Positions 7,579 to 17,120 of a DNA stretch of 64,000 nucleotides are shown here, one piece after another. The notes under the pieces are model-generated. The model had not been told where the DNA came from, did not search any database, and was given only the letters and a program-made list of their open reading frames with translations. The stretch spans positions 709 through 64,708 of IMG/VR virus record IMGVR_UViG_3300038393_001585; one strand, written 5' to 3'. Both the position numbers and the translations under genes were made by a program. The DNA is from a virus. Lineage: Duplodnaviria; Caudoviricetes. Positions within the stretch are counted from its first letter, which is position 1, and each line of letters opens with the position of its first letter.

Positions 7579-7946
7579 CTGGGGAGCGTCTGGGGAGTGA
7601 AGGGGGCGGGGGAGCGCTCGGGGAGATCCAGCATGACTAGTTACGCTCCGCAATGCTTTCCTATGTTCTCCAATGCTTCGCAGTTCAGAGGGGGTGCGGC
7701 CCCTCGACGGGTAGAACGCCCAGGCGGCGCCCCGTGCAAGAGACAGAACAACACCATCTGGCACGACATCGCCCCACCAGCCACCACAGACACCGCGCCG
7801 AACACCGCCCACCAGGTCACAGCGGCAAGAGACGTGCAGGTCAGGGGACTAGGGCGAGGGCATCTGAGGCAGCAGCACCATCGTCCTGGGGAGCGTCAGA
7901 AGCCGTCGGAACAACGGCTTCCAAATCCTGGGGAGCGGCTGGGGAG
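7579..7946. other. attP-like junction: arm-type repeats on both sides plus Xis-like repeats
   Basis: CTGGGGAG at 7579, 7590, 7886, 7928, 7939 (pairs 11 bp apart), degenerate copies at 7607 and 7618; 10-bp-phased repeats at 7641-7680; lies at the int 3' end. Confidence 0.65.
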
Positions 7947-9244
7947 ATCTTTTTCGTGTCTCCCTCGAACCAGTTCTGCATCGCGGTGCGGCCCCGGCCA
8001 TCCGCCTCGGGCATCATGTGCGCGTAGATCCGGAGTGTGATCGACGGATCCGCATGGCCCAGCCACCTCGAGACTGACACAACCGACTCACGCGCGTCCA
8101 GCTGCACGCTGGCGAACGTGTGCCGCAGCGAGTGGAAGCCCATCTCCCGGTCCTCCGCATACCGCTTGACGGTACGGAACCGGCCCGGCTTCCCCGCGAT
8201 CGGACGCTTCGTCACCACAGGCGGGTCGATCAGCCCGGCCGCCTCCAAGGCCGGCTTCCAGAGGGTGTCGTTGAAGTAGTCCCGCCGCCAGGCACCGCCC
8301 CGGGCCGCCGTCAGTATCAGCTCGAACGTCTGCGGCGCCCGCTCCTTGATCTCCTTCTCCGTCTCGCCCGCTTCGGGGTCTCCCCACGGCAGTGTCACCG
8401 CCGTCGCCGGCCAACGCGCCAAGTGCTCCTGCACCTTGGCCAACAGGTGGGCGGGGACCGGAACGGTCCGTGTCTTGCGGCCCTTCGGCAGGGCGAACAC
8501 GAGCTTCGAGCCGACCTTCTTCACCTGCCGCCGAACATGGATCACTTGGGCTTCGAAGTCGACGTCCTCGACCGCGAGCCCGAACACCTCGCCCTGCCGC
8601 AGCCCCGCACCGACACCGATATCGACGGCGAGCCGCACCCGGGGGTCGATCAGGGACCGCACCAGCAGGACCCGCTCGCGCGACCAGGCATTGGCCCGGG
8701 GCTCAGGGCGGGCAGGCGGGCGCACCGTCTTCTGTGAGCGGCAGTAGTTCTTCGTGATCCGTTCGTCATCGACCGCGGCCTGCAGGATCGCGGAGAGCGT
8801 CCCCCAGACATCGTTGACGGTGCCGGGGCCGAGCTGGGCGTTGAGCGTCTTCAGCCACGCCCGCAGCTGGGGAGTCTTGATCGTGTTCAGCGGATTGGAT
8901 CCCAGGTGGCTGAGGACGTGGTTCCAGACCTTGCCCTTGACCGTGGCCCTGGTGAGCGGGTCGGGATAGTTCTGGTTAGGCCACCAGTGCTCCTCGACGT
9001 ACTCTCGCAGCAGCATCGTGCCATCGCGCGGGTCGATGAACTCGCCGCGGGTGGACTCGTGCTGAGCCTTCGCCAGCCAGGCTCTAGCGCCGTCTACGCC
9101 GAGGAGCTTCTCGAAGCTGCGGTCACGCACTCCCGGCACGCCGGCCACCCGGTAGCGCTTGCCCTGACCGTTGCGTTCGGTGGGGATGGTCCGCTTGCCG
9201 TCGGGACCCTTCTTGAACCAGCGATCCTCGATATATCCAGCCAT
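7841..9244 (-). CDS. int: Tyrosine integrase
   Basis: GLRQGE, PKGRK, FHSLRH, LGH...TLRIY catalytic residues; N-terminal arm-binding and core-binding regions. Confidence 0.95.
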   Translation of the reverse strand: MAGYIEDRWFKKGPDGKRTIPTERNGQGKRYRVAGVPGVRDRSFEKLLGVDGARAWLAKAQHESTRGEFIDPRDGTMLLREYVEEHWWPNQNYPDPLTRATVKGKVWNHVLSHLGSNPLNTIKTPQLRAWLKTLNAQLGPGTVNDVWGTLSAILQAAVDDERITKNYCRSQKTVRPPARPEPRANAWSRERVLLVRSLIDPRVRLAVDIGVGAGLRQGEVFGLAVEDVDFEAQVIHVRRQVKKVGSKLVFALPKGRKTRTVPVPAHLLAKVQEHLARWPATAVTLPWGDPEAGETEKEIKERAPQTFELILTAARGGAWRRDYFNDTLWKPALEAAGLIDPPVVTKRPIAGKPGRFRTVKRYAEDREMGFHSLRHTFASVQLDARESVVSVSRWLGHADPSITLRIYAHMMPEADGRGRTAMQNWFEGDTKKISPAAPQDLEAVVPTASDAPQDDGAAASDALALVP

Positions 9245-9268
9245 GCAGTACCCCCTGGTTGGTGCAAG

Positions 9269-9721
9269 TCAGGCAGCAGCGTTGCCTTGGGAGTCGTCCA
9301 TCGTGACGATCTCACCCTGCCACAACTGGAACCACTGGCCGCCGGCCAGGAACTGCTCGATGGCGGGGTTGAGGGCGCGGACGAGGAGCTCGGCGGGGGC
9401 GTTCGGGTTGACGTGCAGCCGGACTTCGCCGCGGTCCTCCCGTATCTGGACGCAGAGGCGCAGGGGCACGTCGGGGTCTGGCACGTACTGGACGGTGAGC
9501 GGGCTGTCGGGGGAGTCGGCGCTGATGATCTGGCCACGCCAGATCTGGAACCAGCTGCACTTGCCGACGAATTCCTTGAGCGCAGCGTTCAGCGGCGGGA
9601 TGTAGTCCTCAGCTGCAGAGCCTTCGCGGAGCTTGATGCTGACTCGGCCGCGGGTCTCTGTGATCTCTACGAGCTGGCCGGGTGCGAGGTCTGTGGTGGC
9701 TTCGTACACGACGCGCAGCAT
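9269..9721 (-). CDS. Two-repeat hypothetical protein between int and repressor
   Basis: Two homologous halves, each ending LNxAxxxF...WFQxWxGxI. Confidence 0.75.
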   Translation of the reverse strand: MLRVVYEATTDLAPGQLVEITETRGRVSIKLREGSAAEDYIPPLNAALKEFVGKCSWFQIWRGQIISADSPDSPLTVQYVPDPDVPLRLCVQIREDRGEVRLHVNPNAPAELLVRALNPAIEQFLAGGQWFQLWQGEIVTMDDSQGNAAA

Positions 9722-9880
9722 GTACCCTCCCCAGGATTAGTGCGCTTGTGAGTCATGGGGCGTAAGCGCACGGTTGTGGAAGGGTACGTCTTGTATCCGG
9801 ACGGCGACAATCTGTTGAAGTGAATGTCTACTTAGGGACTCTTTCGGACAACCGCCCCTGTAGCGCTGCACCACCTGCCG

Positions 9881-10336
9881 TTACTCGTTCTCGTGCCGCG
9901 CCCGCTCGTCGGCCTCGATCATCGCCCGCCAGCGCCGCAGCTCAGACTCGGGCATGTTCCCGAGGTGGCTGACGATGATGCGCACCTCGTCGTTGTAACC
10001 GGCGAGCTCGGTCGCCTCGTATTCCAGCCACTGCGCCGCCGCGGCGGCCTTGACGCGGCGCTCGCTCACGCGGAGGGCGATGGCGATGGCCCTCAGCTGC
10101 GCTGGGCTCGGGGCGTTGGCCGGCGGATTCGCGACGAGCCGCTGGAGGTAAGGCTTGGACAGCTTGGCGCCCGTCTCGGGATCGACGGCCCGTTCGGACA
10201 TCTTGGCGTAGGAGAGGCCGCGGTCGTTGGCGTCCTGGATGAGCTGCGAGAGCGCGCCGACAGGCGCATGCTGCTCGGCCACGCCCTGGTCAGGGGCGGG
10301 GGCTGCTGCCGTCACGTCCTTTTCCTCTCGCGTCAC
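9881..10336 (-). CDS. Immunity repressor (XRE-like)
   Basis: HTH GLSYAKMSERA...LSKPYLQRL; divergent from cro/xis. Confidence 0.8.
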   Translation of the reverse strand: MTREEKDVTAAAPAPDQGVAEQHAPVGALSQLIQDANDRGLSYAKMSERAVDPETGAKLSKPYLQRLVANPPANAPSPAQLRAIAIALRVSERRVKAAAAAQWLEYEATELAGYNDEVRIIVSHLGNMPESELRRWRAMIEADERARHENE

Positions 10337-10348
10337 GTTCGCACCGAC

Positions 10349-10525
10349 TGTCTCTAGAGATACGGATGGGCGCCCGAAAATTACCAGCTCAGCCCGTACA
10401 ACCTTCTCGGATCCGAGACGATCCGTCTACAAGTCGATGCTATCCAGCCACAAGCGTTGCCGATACTCGACCCCCCGTCGTCTCGGATCTGTAGACGAAA
10501 CGGCTCCACTATGCTTTCCTATGTT
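10349..10525. promoter_or_regulatory. Repressor/Cro operator region
   Basis: Palindromes TCTCGGATCCGAGA (10405-10418), AGACG-N3-CGTCT (10416-10428), CGTCT-N9-AGACG (10479-10497), near-palindrome TGTCTCTAGAGATA (10349-10362). Confidence 0.6.
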
Positions 10526-10556
10526 GTGCAAGCAAACCGCACCACTCGGGGGCAAT

Positions 10557-10853
10557 GTGAGCCGACGTGCAAGCAGGCGCTGGACCATACGCAGCGTCGA
10601 GATCCTCAGGCACTACATGGAGTTCCCGGGCCGGGGAAAGTCCTTCTCGATCCGTGACCTGGCCGAAGAGTCCGGGGTCAGCAAGGGAGTCATCGAGAAC
10701 CTCCTCGCCGGCCGCCAGGACAACGCCGACGTCGATGACGCCACGGCTCTCGCGGAGGCCGTCGGTAGCGCGATCTTCCCCCTTTTCGCGCCCCCGTCGT
10801 CTCCGGAACTGAATCAAACGTCTCGTCCCCCGACCCCCACGAGCGAGGAATAG
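10557..10853 (+). CDS. Cro-like HTH protein
   Basis: FSIRDLAEESGVSKGVIENLLAG; divergent from repressor. Confidence 0.8.
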   Translation: MSRRASRRWTIRSVEILRHYMEFPGRGKSFSIRDLAEESGVSKGVIENLLAGRQDNADVDDATALAEAVGSAIFPLFAPPSSPELNQTSRPPTPTSEE

Positions 10854-10857
10854 ACCA

Positions 10858-11085
10858 ATGCCGAACAAGCCCGCACCGAAGGGCTGGCTCTGGAGCGAAG
10901 ACGCCGCCGACTACCTCGGCGTCCACGTCGTCACCCTCCACCGCTGGCGCCGCGAAGGCACTGGCCCGACCGGCGTCCTCCACGGCCGGCGCCGCTACAA
11001 GTACAAGATCAGCGTGCTCGACGCCTGGATGAACGGCGACACCGCCGACGACGACCAGCCACACCGAGCCCGCGCCGCCGCCTAG
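10858..11085 (+). CDS. xis: Excisionase / RDF (AlpA/MerR-like HTH)
   Basis: WSEDAADYLGVHVVTLHRWRREGTGP. Confidence 0.75.
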   Translation: MPNKPAPKGWLWSEDAADYLGVHVVTLHRWRREGTGPTGVLHGRRRYKYKISVLDAWMNGDTADDDQPHRARAAA

Positions 11086-11179
11086 CCGGCAAACGAAGAG
11101 GCCGCCCCAAACGCCAGCCCGGGACGACCTCGAACGATCCCTCATCCAGAACGCACTGAACGAAAGGGACCGCGTTCCC

Positions 11180-11464
11180 ATGATGTCAGAACCCGAATAC
11201 CCCGCGCTCGACGACTTCGACCGCATCACCACCCAGGTCCGCATGGTGACCCCGCTGCAGACGCTGTTCGCGCAGGCGGAGGAAGAGTTGCTCGCCACCC
11301 GTCCGGAGGGCTTCACCCCGGAGGACATCGGCCGGCGCGCCTGGGAGCTGCTGCCGCAGGCCGAGAAGGAGCAGGCGTTCGCCGAGCTGCTCTACACGTA
11401 CTGGGAAGCCACCACCGCCGACGAGGAGAAGTGGGCCGCCCACGAGGCCGGGGGTGCGCGATGA
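11180..11464 (+). CDS. Hypothetical protein
   Basis: RBS and early-operon position. Confidence 0.65.
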   Translation: MMSEPEYPALDDFDRITTQVRMVTPLQTLFAQAEEELLATRPEGFTPEDIGRRAWELLPQAEKEQAFAELLYTYWEATTADEEKWAAHEAGGAR

Positions 11465-12051
11465 GCAACTACCCGGAGATCGCCGCCCGCTTCGCCCGCC
11501 ACACCGTGACCGTCCTGCACGAGGACGGCCTGTACCGGCACCTCCGGTTCTCGGGCCCCGACAGCCACTACGTCTTCGAGCTCATCACCTGGCCGTACAA
11601 CCTCGTCGTCAAGGCGGGCTGGACGTTCCACTTCGACATCGACGCCACCCCCGACATGTTCGACCTGTTCCGGAAGACCGCCTTCAGCGGTCAGATCAAC
11701 CCGGGCTACTGGTCGGAGAAGGTCCGCGCCGGCCGCGACGAGGTCGAGGGCTTCAACCCGGACCTGTTCGAGCAGCAGGTCAAGCAGCACGTGGTCGAGG
11801 CGATCCGCAACGGTGACGCCCCGCGCGGCATCGGCGCCGAGGTATCCCGCGACATCTTCGAGTGGGGCGACATCTCCCACGAGGCCGGGGCTCGCAAGGA
11901 GCTGGTGGACTTCCGCTACGAGGGATGGTCCTTCGGCGAGACGTGGGAGTGGAACTTCTGCGACTTCACGCCGGGCTTCCTGCACTGCTGCTACGCGATC
12001 CGCTGCGGCATCGACCTGTGGGACGCGGCCCGCAAGGCGGTGGCGGCATGA
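11461..12051 (+). CDS. Phage hypothetical protein
   Basis: ATGA overlap; HEDGLYRHLRF...LITWP...INPGYWSEKV. Confidence 0.75.
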   Translation: MSNYPEIAARFARHTVTVLHEDGLYRHLRFSGPDSHYVFELITWPYNLVVKAGWTFHFDIDATPDMFDLFRKTAFSGQINPGYWSEKVRAGRDEVEGFNPDLFEQQVKQHVVEAIRNGDAPRGIGAEVSRDIFEWGDISHEAGARKELVDFRYEGWSFGETWEWNFCDFTPGFLHCCYAIRCGIDLWDAARKAVAA

Positions 12052-12398
12052 CGACCGACGCGAGCGTCTTGAGGGACCGGCAGCGCGAGGCCGAAGCCGC
12101 GGAGCTGTGGAACCGCCTGCACCCGGTCGGCACCCCCGTGGTCGCCTACCCGGGCATCCGCCCGGAGGACTCCTGGAGCCCCGAGAAGGTCAGCCGGATC
12201 GTCACCTCAACCCGCAGTAAGGCCACTGTCCTCGGCGGACACACCGCGGTCGTCTGGGTCCACGGACACGGCGCCTGCATCGCCCTCACCCACGTCGACG
12301 TCCGAACCCAGGCCACGCCCGGGGAGTCCGCCGAGATGCGGCACTGGGTCGAGCCCCTCCTCGACTACACCCGCCGGCCGCAGGCGGCCGCCTCGTGA
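12048..12398 (+). CDS. Phage hypothetical protein
   Basis: WNRLHPVGTPVVAYPG...TRSKATVLGGHTAVVWV. Confidence 0.7.
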   Translation: MTTDASVLRDRQREAEAAELWNRLHPVGTPVVAYPGIRPEDSWSPEKVSRIVTSTRSKATVLGGHTAVVWVHGHGACIALTHVDVRTQATPGESAEMRHWVEPLLDYTRRPQAAAS

Positions 12399-12577
12399 CC
12401 ACCCTGCACCTGCCGCCGATGCCGGCCGACGCCGAGCCGGTGATAGTGCCCGGCCTGCTGTCCGGCCTCGGCATCACACCCCGCCGAGTGCCCGCCTGGA
12501 TCACCGACCCGGACCTCATCGCCGACATCCTCGCCGGCCACGCCGACATCCCCGCCGACTTCGGAGGCGCCCAGTGA
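12395..12577 (+). CDS. Hypothetical protein
   Basis: GTGA overlap chain. Confidence 0.55.
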   Translation: MTTLHLPPMPADAEPVIVPGLLSGLGITPRRVPAWITDPDLIADILAGHADIPADFGGAQ

Positions 12578-12756
12578 CCGCCCTCAACGCCTACGACACC
12601 GCCCGGGTCCTGGCCGCACACGGCCTCAACTCGGACACCGCCACCACCGCCGACATGAACGCCGCCGCCGACCACGCCGGAGCCGACCGCCCCGCCGACA
12701 GCCACGACCGGCACACCGTTCGGATCGCCCTCGACGCCATCGGAGAAGCCCGATGA
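12574..12756 (+). CDS. Hypothetical protein
   Basis: GTGA overlap chain. Confidence 0.55.
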   Translation: MTALNAYDTARVLAAHGLNSDTATTADMNAAADHAGADRPADSHDRHTVRIALDAIGEAR

Positions 12757-13448
12757 CCATCACCAGCCCGGCACCCGCACCGGCCAGCACGGCCGCCGAC
12801 TGGGAACTCGCCGAACGCGTCAGCCGCCACATGCAGGAACACTTCCCCGACACCACGGCCGCCGCCTCCTGGACCGTCGCCCGCGACGAACGCGACAACA
12901 CCGCCGTCGTCGTCGCCGGCCCCGGAGACGACCCGACCATGCCGGGCAGCGCCTACGCCATCCACGCCTACCGCTGGCTGTGCTCCCTGCGCGACGCCGG
13001 CTTCACCGCCGAAGCCCGCACCGACATGGAGGTGTTCGGCCGCCCCGACGAGCAGGCCCCCGGAGGCCGGGCCCGCTGGCTGCACATCACCGCCTGGGAC
13101 GAGAAGGCCATCGTCCCGGAGCGCAGCGTTCCCGAGATGGTCGCCGAGCTGTACCAGAAGATCGGGCTGCGGCCCCAGCACTACGTGGAACTCGACCCGA
13201 CCGCACATCCGCCGGTGGAGACCGTGTTCGGGGGAGTCGTCCGTGCCGAAACTGCCTGCTTCACCTACCACCCCGACGGCGAGTGCGGCGGCATGACCGT
13301 GACCGTCTACCAGGACTGCACCGGGTACATGGTCGGCGCAGGCAAGGTGCCCGCCTGGCTGTGGGAGATCGGCGAAGCCCACCGCGAGCACGTCGGCTTC
13401 GTCGGCTCCTGGTGCTACCTCCGCGACATGGCCGGAGGCGGCCAGTGA
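12753..13448 (+). CDS. Hypothetical protein
   Basis: ATGA overlap, GC3-rich codons. Confidence 0.6.
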   Translation: MTITSPAPAPASTAADWELAERVSRHMQEHFPDTTAAASWTVARDERDNTAVVVAGPGDDPTMPGSAYAIHAYRWLCSLRDAGFTAEARTDMEVFGRPDEQAPGGRARWLHITAWDEKAIVPERSVPEMVAELYQKIGLRPQHYVELDPTAHPPVETVFGGVVRAETACFTYHPDGECGGMTVTVYQDCTGYMVGAGKVPAWLWEIGEAHREHVGFVGSWCYLRDMAGGGQ

Positions 13449-13804
13449 CCACCACCACCGCCCCGACGGACACCGAGATCGCAGATGTCCTCGACAAGGC
13501 CCGCGCCCACATCGTCCGGTACGGCTTCTACAAGAAGTACCTGTACAACGCCAACCAGGCCAGCAAGGGCATGCCGATCGCCGACTGTGAGGTCGACCTG
13601 GACGGTGCGATCTGCGTCGCCGTTCACGGCACCCCGCTGCACCTCGGCCGGGACCCGCTCACCCAGGCCGCAGTAGAAGCCGTGCTCGCTCGTATCGACG
13701 CGCCGTCGCTTGCCACCTGGTGCGACTACAAGGGCCACGGCAAGCACCAGGCCATCACCCTCCTCCGGGACACCGCGGACCGGCTGCGCAGGAGGGCATC
13801 GTGA
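13445..13804 (+). CDS. DUF6197-like protein
   Basis: DVLDKARAHIVRYG...DGAI...W.D..GH...QAITLLRDTA. Confidence 0.6.
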   Translation: MTTTTAPTDTEIADVLDKARAHIVRYGFYKKYLYNANQASKGMPIADCEVDLDGAICVAVHGTPLHLGRDPLTQAAVEAVLARIDAPSLATWCDYKGHGKHQAITLLRDTADRLRRRAS

Positions 13805-14160
13805 ACGGCCGGCACCGGCGGACCAAGACCGGAATGCGGCGGGAGATAGCCCAGCTGCGCACCGCCCTGCGCGCCGAGCAGACCAAGTCGGGACGCCTCG
13901 CCGACGACCTGGCCCTGTGCCAGCGGGACCGGCGAGTCGACGGCCGTGAGATCAAGCGACTCCAGGCGGCCCTCCGCGCATGGCAGTCGCAGTGGGAGAA
14001 CGAGCACCCGATCCACGTCCCGGCCCCGCGCGACCTGCGTGCGGCCGACGACCGGCCCACCGTCCCCACCGACGTCAGCAGCATCCGCCCGATCCACCGG
14101 GTCATCCCGATCACCGAACGCCCGGACGCCGCCAACCCGGCAAACATCCCCGCCGCATGA
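13801..14160 (+). CDS. Coiled-coil hypothetical protein
   Basis: GTGA overlap. Confidence 0.6.
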   Translation: MNGRHRRTKTGMRREIAQLRTALRAEQTKSGRLADDLALCQRDRRVDGREIKRLQAALRAWQSQWENEHPIHVPAPRDLRAADDRPTVPTDVSSIRPIHRVIPITERPDAANPANIPAA

Positions 14161-14267
14161 ACTCCCGGTCGCCCGGCCGCGGAGGTACGGGCGACCGGCG
14201 AACAAAGAAGCCCCGAGCGCGGCAGACGCCCGGGGATCCACCACCAGCATCCCACGGAGGGATCACC

Positions 14268-14597
14268 TTGTCCGTCACCACCCCTCTCACCCACACGTTC
14301 CAGACCGACATGGGCGACTTCACCGTCCCCGCGACCAGCCCCGTCCCCGGCCTGTTCGTCTACGAGATCCCCGCCGAGGTCGAGCCGCACAGCACCTACC
14401 GGTGGAGCGTCGGCCACCACTCGGGCCTGCTGATCGCCTCGGCCATGTACGAGGACGACGCCATCCGCGGCGCCCAAAAGATCGGCGCCCTCGCCGACTG
14501 GACCAAGTCGACCGACGAACTGCGCACCGAGCTGGACCCCGACGAGGTGTACGAGCAGATCGCCTGGGCGTCCTGCGAGATCCCCGCCCTCACCTGA
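14268..14597 (+). CDS. Hypothetical protein
   Basis: GGAGG RBS then TTG. Confidence 0.55.
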   Translation: MSVTTPLTHTFQTDMGDFTVPATSPVPGLFVYEIPAEVEPHSTYRWSVGHHSGLLIASAMYEDDAIRGAQKIGALADWTKSTDELRTELDPDEVYEQIAWASCEIPALT

Positions 14598-14652
14598 CCC
14601 ACAGCCACCCAGCCGCCGCGTGAGCGTCCCCCCTGCGCTCCGCGGCACCCCG

Positions 14653-14695
14653 GGGCCGCCAGCCCCGCCCATCCCCCCGTCGGGGCTGGCGGCCC
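14653..14695. terminator. 15-bp hairpin with C-rich loop
   Basis: GGGCCGCCAGCCCCG-CCCATCCCCCCGT-CGGGGCTGGCGGCCC. Confidence 0.6.
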
Positions 14696-14724
14696 TCCCT
14701 TAGCACACCCTTCAGGAGCCTCAC

Positions 14725-15459
14725 ATGAGCCACAACAGCCCCAAGAGCGGCGCCCGTCCGCTCGTCTTCATCGACACGGAAACCACCGGCCTCGACCCGG
14801 ACCTGCACGAGATCTGGGAGATCGCCGTCATCCGTCGCGACATCGACGGCATCGACTGGCAGAGCCACTACCAGATCCGCAAGACCGAACTCCACCTCAC
14901 CACCGTGGCCGACGAGAAGGCCCTCGAGATCGGCCGCTACCACGAGCGAATGATCCTCCCCGACGACTGCTTCTACGCCCAGATCGACGGGGCCGGCAAG
15001 CCCTGCGCGATGAGCCACGAGACGCTCGTCTACTCCCTGACCCGTCTCCTCGACGGAGCCATGCTCGTCGGATCGAACCCGGCCTTCGACGCCGCGTTCC
15101 TCCGCAACCTCATGGACGCCGCACCCTGGCACTACCGCACCATCGACATCGCGACCATGGCCGTCGGCCACCTGTACGGGCAGGCCTACACGCTCACCAA
15201 GCAGAACTGCGACGCCGAGTACTACAACCGCGCCGACGCCCTCCTCGCAGACGGCTGGAAGTCCTACGAACTGTCCCGCCTGATGGGCATCGAACCGCCC
15301 AAGCCGAGCGTCGCGCACACCGCCCTCGGCGACGCCCGCTGGGCCCGCGACGTCTACGACGCCATCACCAAGGCCGACGCCTTCTACACCGCCACCGACG
15401 AACAGCTCGCCGAGCTGGCCGGCCAGGCCCTCTCCCGCTTCCACGGGGACGCGGCATGA
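14725..15459 (+). CDS. DEDDh 3'-5' exonuclease (DnaQ-like)
   Basis: FIDTETTGLDP, EIA, GSNPAFD, HTALGDA. Confidence 0.85.
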   Translation: MSHNSPKSGARPLVFIDTETTGLDPDLHEIWEIAVIRRDIDGIDWQSHYQIRKTELHLTTVADEKALEIGRYHERMILPDDCFYAQIDGAGKPCAMSHETLVYSLTRLLDGAMLVGSNPAFDAAFLRNLMDAAPWHYRTIDIATMAVGHLYGQAYTLTKQNCDAEYYNRADALLADGWKSYELSRLMGIEPPKPSVAHTALGDARWARDVYDAITKADAFYTATDEQLAELAGQALSRFHGDAA

Positions 15460-16283
15460 GCGGGGCGCCGGTCGAGGTCGAGCCCGGCCTGTACGACATC
15501 CCAGCCGAGCAGTACCACGCCGACCCGATCCCCGGCGGCAGCCTGTCGTCGACCGGCGCCCGCACCCTCGTCAAGAAGTGCCCCGCCGTCTTCAAGTGGC
15601 AGCTCGACAACCCGCAGCCCCACAACAAGGCCCTCGAACTCGGCACCGCCGCCCACAAGCTGGTCCTCGACGACGGCCCCGAGCTGGTCCTCGTGGACGC
15701 CCCGCGGTGGGACACCGACAGCCTGAAGGCCGAAGTCGCGGCCATACGGGCAGCCGGCGGCATCCCGCTCAAGCGACACGAACTCGAGCAGGTCTGGGCC
15801 ATGGCCAAGGCCCTCCGTGCCAACGAGGAAGCCGCCACCCTCCTGGAGCCCGGCTCCGGACTCGCCGAGATGTCCGCGTTCTGGGAGGACAACGGCGTCT
15901 GGCGGCGAGCCCGCTTCGACTGGCTCCGCAACGACGGCCAGATCGTCGACTACAAGACCGCCCGGTCCTGCCGTCGGGAGGACCTGGAGAAGGCGTTCAA
16001 CGAACACGGCTACCACCAGCAGCAGGGCTGGTACGAGGACGGCGGCGTCGCACTCGACGTCTCCGATCCCGAACGGCCCATGCAGTTCGTGCTTCAGGAG
16101 AAGGACCCGCCCTACCTGGTGGTCGTCACGACCTGCGACCCGATGGCCCGCGGCATCGGCCGCCACCTCAACGAGGTCGCCCTCAACACCTACGCCATCT
16201 GCCGCGACAGCGGCGAATGGCCTGGCTACCTCCCGAACCCGATGATCTCGCTCCCTCCGTGGGTCGAGCGCCAGTACGCCTAG
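15456..16283 (+). CDS. RecE/ExoVIII-like PD-(D/E)XK exonuclease (DUF3799-like)
   Basis: YHAD...LSSTG...GTAAH...RARFDWL...IVDYKT...HGYHQQ. Confidence 0.85.
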   Translation: MSGAPVEVEPGLYDIPAEQYHADPIPGGSLSSTGARTLVKKCPAVFKWQLDNPQPHNKALELGTAAHKLVLDDGPELVLVDAPRWDTDSLKAEVAAIRAAGGIPLKRHELEQVWAMAKALRANEEAATLLEPGSGLAEMSAFWEDNGVWRRARFDWLRNDGQIVDYKTARSCRREDLEKAFNEHGYHQQQGWYEDGGVALDVSDPERPMQFVLQEKDPPYLVVVTTCDPMARGIGRHLNEVALNTYAICRDSGEWPGYLPNPMISLPPWVERQYA

Positions 16284-16294
16284 GAGCAGCCCGC

Positions 16295-17059
16295 ATGTCC
16301 CAGCTTCCGCCGCCCACCCGAACCGCTCGCCCCGCTCAGCAGCAGGACGCCAACGGGCAGTTCGCGTTCCGGCCCGCCAGCAAGGCCGGCCGCAAGGCCC
16401 GCCTGTCCATCCAGGGCATGTCCGGCTCCGGCAAGACCTGGACCGGCCTGTCCATCGCCCACGGCCTCTCCGAGGGCAAGCGGTTCGCCGTCATCGACAC
16501 CGAGAGCGGCGCCGCCAGCCTGTACGCCGGGATCGGCGGCATCCAGTTCGACGCCGTCTCCATCGACCGCTACGACCCGCGCGACCTCGTCCGCATCCTC
16601 GACTCCGCCGCCCAGGCCGGCTACCCCACCGTGTTCGTCGACAGCCTCTCCCACTTCTGGAAGGGCACCGACGGCACCCTCGACCAGGTCGAGAAGGCCA
16701 GCAGCCGGTACGGCGGCAACAAGTTCGCCGGCTGGAAGGACGGCACCCCGATCCAGAACGACATGGTCGCCGCGATCCTCGCCTACCCCGGCCACGTCGT
16801 CTGCTCGATGCGCTCCTACACCGAGTGGGTGCTGAACGGCGGCAAGCCCGAGCGGGTCGGGATGCGACCCGAGCAGCGCAAGGGCATCGAGTACGAGTTC
16901 GACGTCGCCGTGGCCATGGACCTGGAGAACACCCTCGAAGTCCTCAAGTCCCGGTGCCCGGACCTCCACCGCAAGGTCATCAAGCGCCCGGTCGGCGCCC
17001 GCGACATCGCCGCCCCGCTCCTCGCCTGGCTGAACACCAGCGCCGAGCCCACCGAGTAA
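16295..17059 (+). CDS. AAA_24 / Sak4-like ATPase (recombination)
   Basis: Walker A GMSGSGKT, IDTE, VDSLSH. Confidence 0.8.
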   Translation: MSQLPPPTRTARPAQQQDANGQFAFRPASKAGRKARLSIQGMSGSGKTWTGLSIAHGLSEGKRFAVIDTESGAASLYAGIGGIQFDAVSIDRYDPRDLVRILDSAAQAGYPTVFVDSLSHFWKGTDGTLDQVEKASSRYGGNKFAGWKDGTPIQNDMVAAILAYPGHVVCSMRSYTEWVLNGGKPERVGMRPEQRKGIEYEFDVAVAMDLENTLEVLKSRCPDLHRKVIKRPVGARDIAAPLLAWLNTSAEPTE

Positions 17060-17120
17060 CCGCCTTCGGGGCTGCCGCGGCCCGAACCTGCGGCAGCCCC
17101 GCTACCCCAAGGAAACCATC

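Larger units (their letters stand above)
1..7600. mobile_element. Right arm of prophage A (lysis cassette plus accessory genes), left part outside the window
   Basis: Endolysin C-terminus, holin and collagen-like gene, then accessory genes ending at integrase arm-type repeats at 7579-7625; holin homologous to 63549-63911. Confidence 0.7.

Noticed and set aside
7680-7880. tRNA or tmRNA 3' end as att core
   Set aside because: No T-loop or CCA pattern recognised; core left undefined.
9727-9736. Inverted TCCTGGGGAG (arm-site match) before the int operon
   Set aside because: It coincides with the RBS (GGAGGG), so a chance match is likely; Int autoregulation is not supportable.
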